Assembly: GCF_050873505.1 (NCBI RefSeq)
Contig: NZ_JBNMIY010000002.1
Location: 138,930 to 202,929 of the forward strand
Reading direction: 5' to 3'
Length of the DNA: 64,000 nt
Origin: Candidatus Avelusimicrobium sp.
GTDB taxonomy: Bacteria > Elusimicrobiota > Elusimicrobia > Elusimicrobiales > Elusimicrobiaceae
A program made the position numbers and the translations under genes. The notes below the pieces were generated by a model. The model did no database searches and had not been told where the DNA came from. It saw nothing but the letters and a program-made list of their open reading frames with translations. Each line of letters starts with the position of its first letter. The first letter of the stretch is position 1. This document shows, in pieces, positions 60,792-64,000 of the stretch.

Positions 60792-60861
60792 AATAAAAGC
60801 ACCTCTTAAAATATTGTACAATTTTTGCCTAAAATTTAAACTTAAAAACAAGGCTAGAAAT

Positions 60862-60870
60862 TGCTACAAT
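60862..60870 (+). promoter_or_regulatory. Candidate extended -10 promoter TGcTACAAT for the three-gene repeat-protein cluster
   Basis: The AAATTGCTACAATA core is identical to the one upstream of ppa. Confidence 0.4.
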
Positions 60871-60907
60871 AATTAAATTGACGGACACTTTTAATAAGGA
60901 GTAATAA

Positions 60908-61423
60908 ATGAAGAAACTTTTAATTTTAGCGGTGGCTTTACTGTCCACCCTGCCCGCGGCCGCCGAGCCGGGCATTTTTAAATTGTCCCTTTGGGACAAA
61001 ACGGCTATCGCCACCCCGCGCAACACGCACGACATTACAGGGATTGATTTTGGTATCGGTTCCAAAACCGAAACCGTAACCGGGGTGCAAATGGACCTGA
61101 TTTTTGCGCAGACGGAATATGAACTCAAAGGCGCCAGTTTCGCTTGGATTATCAACCTGGCAAACGAAGTATATGGCGCGCAGTTTGGGCTTCTGTCCAA
61201 GGCCGAAAATTCCACGGGTGCGCAGTTGGGCTTTGTAAATATTTCCAACCGGGCGATTTCCGGCGTGCAGTTTGGCCTCTTTAACCAGGCCGAATACGTC
61301 CACGGCGCGCAGGTGGGTTTTGTAAACTACGCGCGCACGATTGAAGGTTTACAGGTAGGTATTTTGAATATAGCCGAAAACGGCTGGTTCCCGGCTATGG
61401 TGTTAGTAAACGGTAGATTTTAA
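60908..61423 (+). CDS. Secreted GxQxGxxN-repeat protein 1 (OMP-like C-terminal Phe)
   Basis: Signal peptide MKKLLILAVALLSTLPAAA, about 7 repeats of 14-15 residues, and a C-terminus NIAENGWFPAMVLVNGRF. Confidence 0.75.
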   Translation: MKKLLILAVALLSTLPAAAEPGIFKLSLWDKTAIATPRNTHDITGIDFGIGSKTETVTGVQMDLIFAQTEYELKGASFAWIINLANEVYGAQFGLLSKAENSTGAQLGFVNISNRAISGVQFGLFNQAEYVHGAQVGFVNYARTIEGLQVGILNIAENGWFPAMVLVNGRF

Positions 61424-61427
61424 ACAT

Positions 61428-61895
61428 ATGAAATATCTTTTTCTGTTATGGGGAATTTTGATGTTTTCCTTACCCAGTTATGCAGAACAAAATGTTCTTA
61501 AATTATCTTGGTGGGGCAAAATATCAGTTTCTTTCCCTTACAATACAAATAAAGTATCTGGTTTATCTTTGGGTATGGGGTCTAATACAACCACCCTAAA
61601 TGGTTTGCAGGCTGATATTCTCTTTTCCAAAGCAGAACAAGTGAGAGGTGTTCAAGCAGCCTTTTTGGGAAAAGCGAACCAATTAGCAGGTATCCAAGCA
61701 AACTTTGTTAATGTATCACATCGGTATGCAGCAGGTATGCAAGTTGGCTTTATCAATAGAGCCAATGAAATAACTGGGTTACAGATAGGGGTTGTTAATA
61801 AAGCAACCATTTTAAAAGGTTTACAACTCGGGATTATTAACATAGCCGAAAACGGCTGGTTTCCGGCTATGGTGTTAGTAAACGGTAGATTTTAA
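61428..61895 (+). CDS. Secreted GxQxGxxN-repeat protein 2
   Basis: It starts 4 nt after paralog 1 and has about 6 repeats. It looks more AT-rich by eye. The last 54 nt are identical to paralog 1 except for 1 nt. Confidence 0.75.
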   Translation: MKYLFLLWGILMFSLPSYAEQNVLKLSWWGKISVSFPYNTNKVSGLSLGMGSNTTTLNGLQADILFSKAEQVRGVQAAFLGKANQLAGIQANFVNVSHRYAAGMQVGFINRANEITGLQIGVVNKATILKGLQLGIINIAENGWFPAMVLVNGRF

Positions 61896-61940
61896 TTTGG
61901 CTTTTTCCGGCAGGAAAAGCCTGTTAAAGGAGAAAAATAA

Positions 61941-62411
61941 ATGAAAAAGTTAGCAGTATTGTTGGCCGCCTTGTTGTGCGCCGCCCCGGTATTTGCGGGT
62001 GAATCCGGCGTCTTAAAACTGTCCCTTTGGGGCACCAAGGCTATCGCCGTACCGCACAATACGCAGGTAATTACGGGTATTGATTTCGGTATCGGTTCCG
62101 CCGCCCGCTCCGTCAAGGGCGTTCAGTTGGATTTGGTCTTCTCCAAAGCCAATGAACTCAAAGGTGTGCAAAGTGCGTTGTTGGGTAAAGCCAACCACGT
62201 AACCGGCGTACAATTCAACGCCATCAACCTTTCCGACGGTTATGTAACCGGTGCGCAGTTCGGTTTCTTCAACAGTGCCGAAGAATTGCACGGCGTACAG
62301 TTGGGCTTCGTCAACAAGGTCAACACCATTAAAGGGTTGCAGGTTGGTTTGGTAAACATTGCGGGCAACGGTTATTTACCGGTAATGGTTATTGTAAACG
62401 GCCGCTTCTAA
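61941..62411 (+). CDS. Secreted GxQxGxxN-repeat protein 3
   Basis: Preceded by an AAGGAG SD, with the signal peptide MKKLAVLLAALLCAAPVFA, about 6 repeats, and a C-terminus VMVIVNGRF. Confidence 0.75.
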   Translation: MKKLAVLLAALLCAAPVFAGESGVLKLSLWGTKAIAVPHNTQVITGIDFGIGSAARSVKGVQLDLVFSKANELKGVQSALLGKANHVTGVQFNAINLSDGYVTGAQFGFFNSAEELHGVQLGFVNKVNTIKGLQVGLVNIAGNGYLPVMVIVNGRF

Positions 62412-62425
62412 TTGTTGTTTTTAGT

Positions 62426-62460
62426 AAACCGCGGGCAAATATTGTCCGCGGTTTTTCTTT
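62426..62460 (+). terminator. Intrinsic terminator after the repeat-protein cluster
   Basis: The stem AAACCGCGG/CCGCGGTTT is followed by a T-run. Confidence 0.65.
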
Positions 62461-62493
62461 TTAAAACGCTTTAAAAAAAATATAATTTTATAT

Positions 62494-63657
62494 ATGTCAT
62501 CCGTATCTCTTCCGCGCCGCACCCAGCGTTTTTACCGCTTGGCGGCCTCGTCTTTTTTCTTTATCCACGGGATTGTCTTTTCCAGTTGGGCAAGCCGCAT
62601 CCCCGATGTTAAATCCGCCTTATCCTTGTCCGATGCGCAGTTGGGCGGCGTACTGTTTTTAATCCCTGCCGGGCAACTATCCGCAATGATGCTCTCCGGC
62701 TGGCTCGTCAACCGTTTTGGCAGCCGCAAAATGCTGACGATTGCTTCCGTCATTTACCCCTTGGCCTTGGTATTACTGGGGTTTGTAACCACCAAATTGC
62801 AGTTAATGGCCGCGCTGTTTATCTTTGGGATAACGTCCAACCTGTCCAACATTTCCGTTAATACGCAAGGCGTAGGCGTGGAAAAACTCTACAACCGCAG
62901 TATTATGGCCTCGTTCCACGGGATGTGGAGCCTGGCCGGGGTCGTGGGCGGCATTTTGGGGGCGTGGATGGCCGCGCATAATATTTCTACGCAGGAACAC
63001 TTTGTGATGACGTTCTTTGTGTGTATGGCCATTTTACTTTCAATGTATTCTTCTATGCTTCCGCGCGACCGCAAAATAAAGGTGGGTGAAGTACGCCAAA
63101 AGGCCTTTGTAATGCCCTCCTTATATATTGCGCTGTTGGGCGCGATGGCCTTCTGCTCTATGTCCTGCGAAGGCACTATGTACGATTGGAGTAGCGTATA
63201 TTTTATGCAGGTAGTCCACCCGGCGGATAATTTAATTCGCGCCGGATATATTGCCTGTATGACGGCTATGACGATAGGCCGCTTTTCGGCCGATTTCTTT
63301 GCCACCCGCTTTGGCTCTACGCAAGTTATTAAGGGTAGCGGCGTTATCCTGTTTACAGGCTTTGTGCTGGCGGTGCTTTTCCCCTCCTTTTATACGGCGT
63401 GTATCGGGTTCTTTTTGGTGGGGCTTGGGTTTTCGTCCATTGTGCCGCTGTGTTACAGTTTGGCCGGAAAGACAACCCGTATGCCGCCCAGTATGGCCGT
63501 GGCGACAGTTTCCACCATCGGTTTCTTTGGCTTTTTGTTTACCCCGCCTTTAATTGGCTTTATCTCGCAGGCTACCAATATGCGCGTGGCGTTTTTTATT
63601 ATGGGGTGTGCGGGGCTGTCGGTCAGTTTTGTGGCCGCCAAAGCCAAGGCCCGCTAG
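62494..63657 (+). CDS. MFS transporter
   Basis: 387 aa with about 12 TM helices and the MFS loop motif GWLVNRFGSRK. Confidence 0.8.
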   Translation: MSSVSLPRRTQRFYRLAASSFFFIHGIVFSSWASRIPDVKSALSLSDAQLGGVLFLIPAGQLSAMMLSGWLVNRFGSRKMLTIASVIYPLALVLLGFVTTKLQLMAALFIFGITSNLSNISVNTQGVGVEKLYNRSIMASFHGMWSLAGVVGGILGAWMAAHNISTQEHFVMTFFVCMAILLSMYSSMLPRDRKIKVGEVRQKAFVMPSLYIALLGAMAFCSMSCEGTMYDWSSVYFMQVVHPADNLIRAGYIACMTAMTIGRFSADFFATRFGSTQVIKGSGVILFTGFVLAVLFPSFYTACIGFFLVGLGFSSIVPLCYSLAGKTTRMPPSMAVATVSTIGFFGFLFTPPLIGFISQATNMRVAFFIMGCAGLSVSFVAAKAKAR

Positions 63658-63812
63658 GCGCGGGTTCCTATTATATGCTATAATAGCCATAGGTGTAATT
63701 TGAGCGGGAGAGCGAAAAAAGTTCGTAAATCAAAGCCTGTCCCGACGACACCCAGGCCAATGCCACCGGGGAGCCCTTCCCTAATTTAGGCAGCGGCCAC
63801 AGGAGAATAATA

Positions 63813-64000
63813 ATGAGCAATGTATCTATGAAGGCTATGCTGGAAGCCGGCGTCCACTTTGGCCACCAAACTTCCCGCTGGAACCCCAAAATGGGACGCT
63901 TTATCTTCGGTGAAAGAAACGGCGTACACATTTTAGACTTGCAAAAAACCGCCAAAGAACTTAAAAAAGCCTGCGCTTTCATCAAAGAAGAAAGCAAAAA
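63813..64000 (+). CDS. rpsB: 30S ribosomal protein S2, N-terminal 62 codons (cut by the window edge)
   Basis: Absent from the ORF track. AGGAGA lies at 63801-63806. Manual translation gives [46 protein letters not shown]. Confidence 0.9.
   Translation, partial: MSNVSMKAMLEAGVHFGHQTSRWNPKMGRFIFGERNGVHILDLQKTAKELKKACAFIKEESK

Overview
This is a 64-kb chromosomal segment of a bacterium with a diderm-type envelope. Evidence for that envelope: a YidC with a long periplasmic domain, rfb genes, and secreted proteins ending in a C-terminal Phe. The GFTLIELLVVV pilin-type gene and the hairpin-repeat mosaics suggest an Elusimicrobia-like genome, but that is only a guess. I support about 55 protein genes, one tRNA-Ala(CGC), and one promoter-to-terminator RNA locus of about 440 nt that has no ORF.

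Housekeeping backbone: rfbH-rfbG-rfbF, ppa, recO, rpmH-rnpA-yidD-yidC-jag, glyQ-glyS, lipA, hisS-aspS, asnS, rnc-acpP-fabG-plsX-rpmF-yceD, nadE and rpsB.

Unusual patches:
1. A tandem pair of ~4-kb paralogous signal-peptide genes with duplicated control regions (2.7-11.1 kb).
2. A gtrB-like/gtrA/vanZ operon.
3. A type I R-M operon in the order half-hsdS, hsdM, AT-rich membrane ORF, hsdS, hsdR, DUF45 peptidase (16-23.9 kb).
4. An ORF-free 0.59-kb gap after glyS with a sigma70-like promoter, many hairpins and an intrinsic terminator (34.1-34.6 kb).
5. Two paralogous secreted metzincin-like proteins.
6. tRNA-Ala followed by two 130-nt tRNA-derived units, each with its own terminator.
7. Mosaics of short hairpin repeats around a type IV pilin-like gene that has no ATG start, plus an orphan copy of that gene's leader.
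8. Three tandem secreted proteins built from GxQxGxxN repeats.

My best candidates for something new are the orphan RNA locus and the membrane ORF embedded in the R-M operon. All calls come from reading the sequence and from motif recall. No database search was run.
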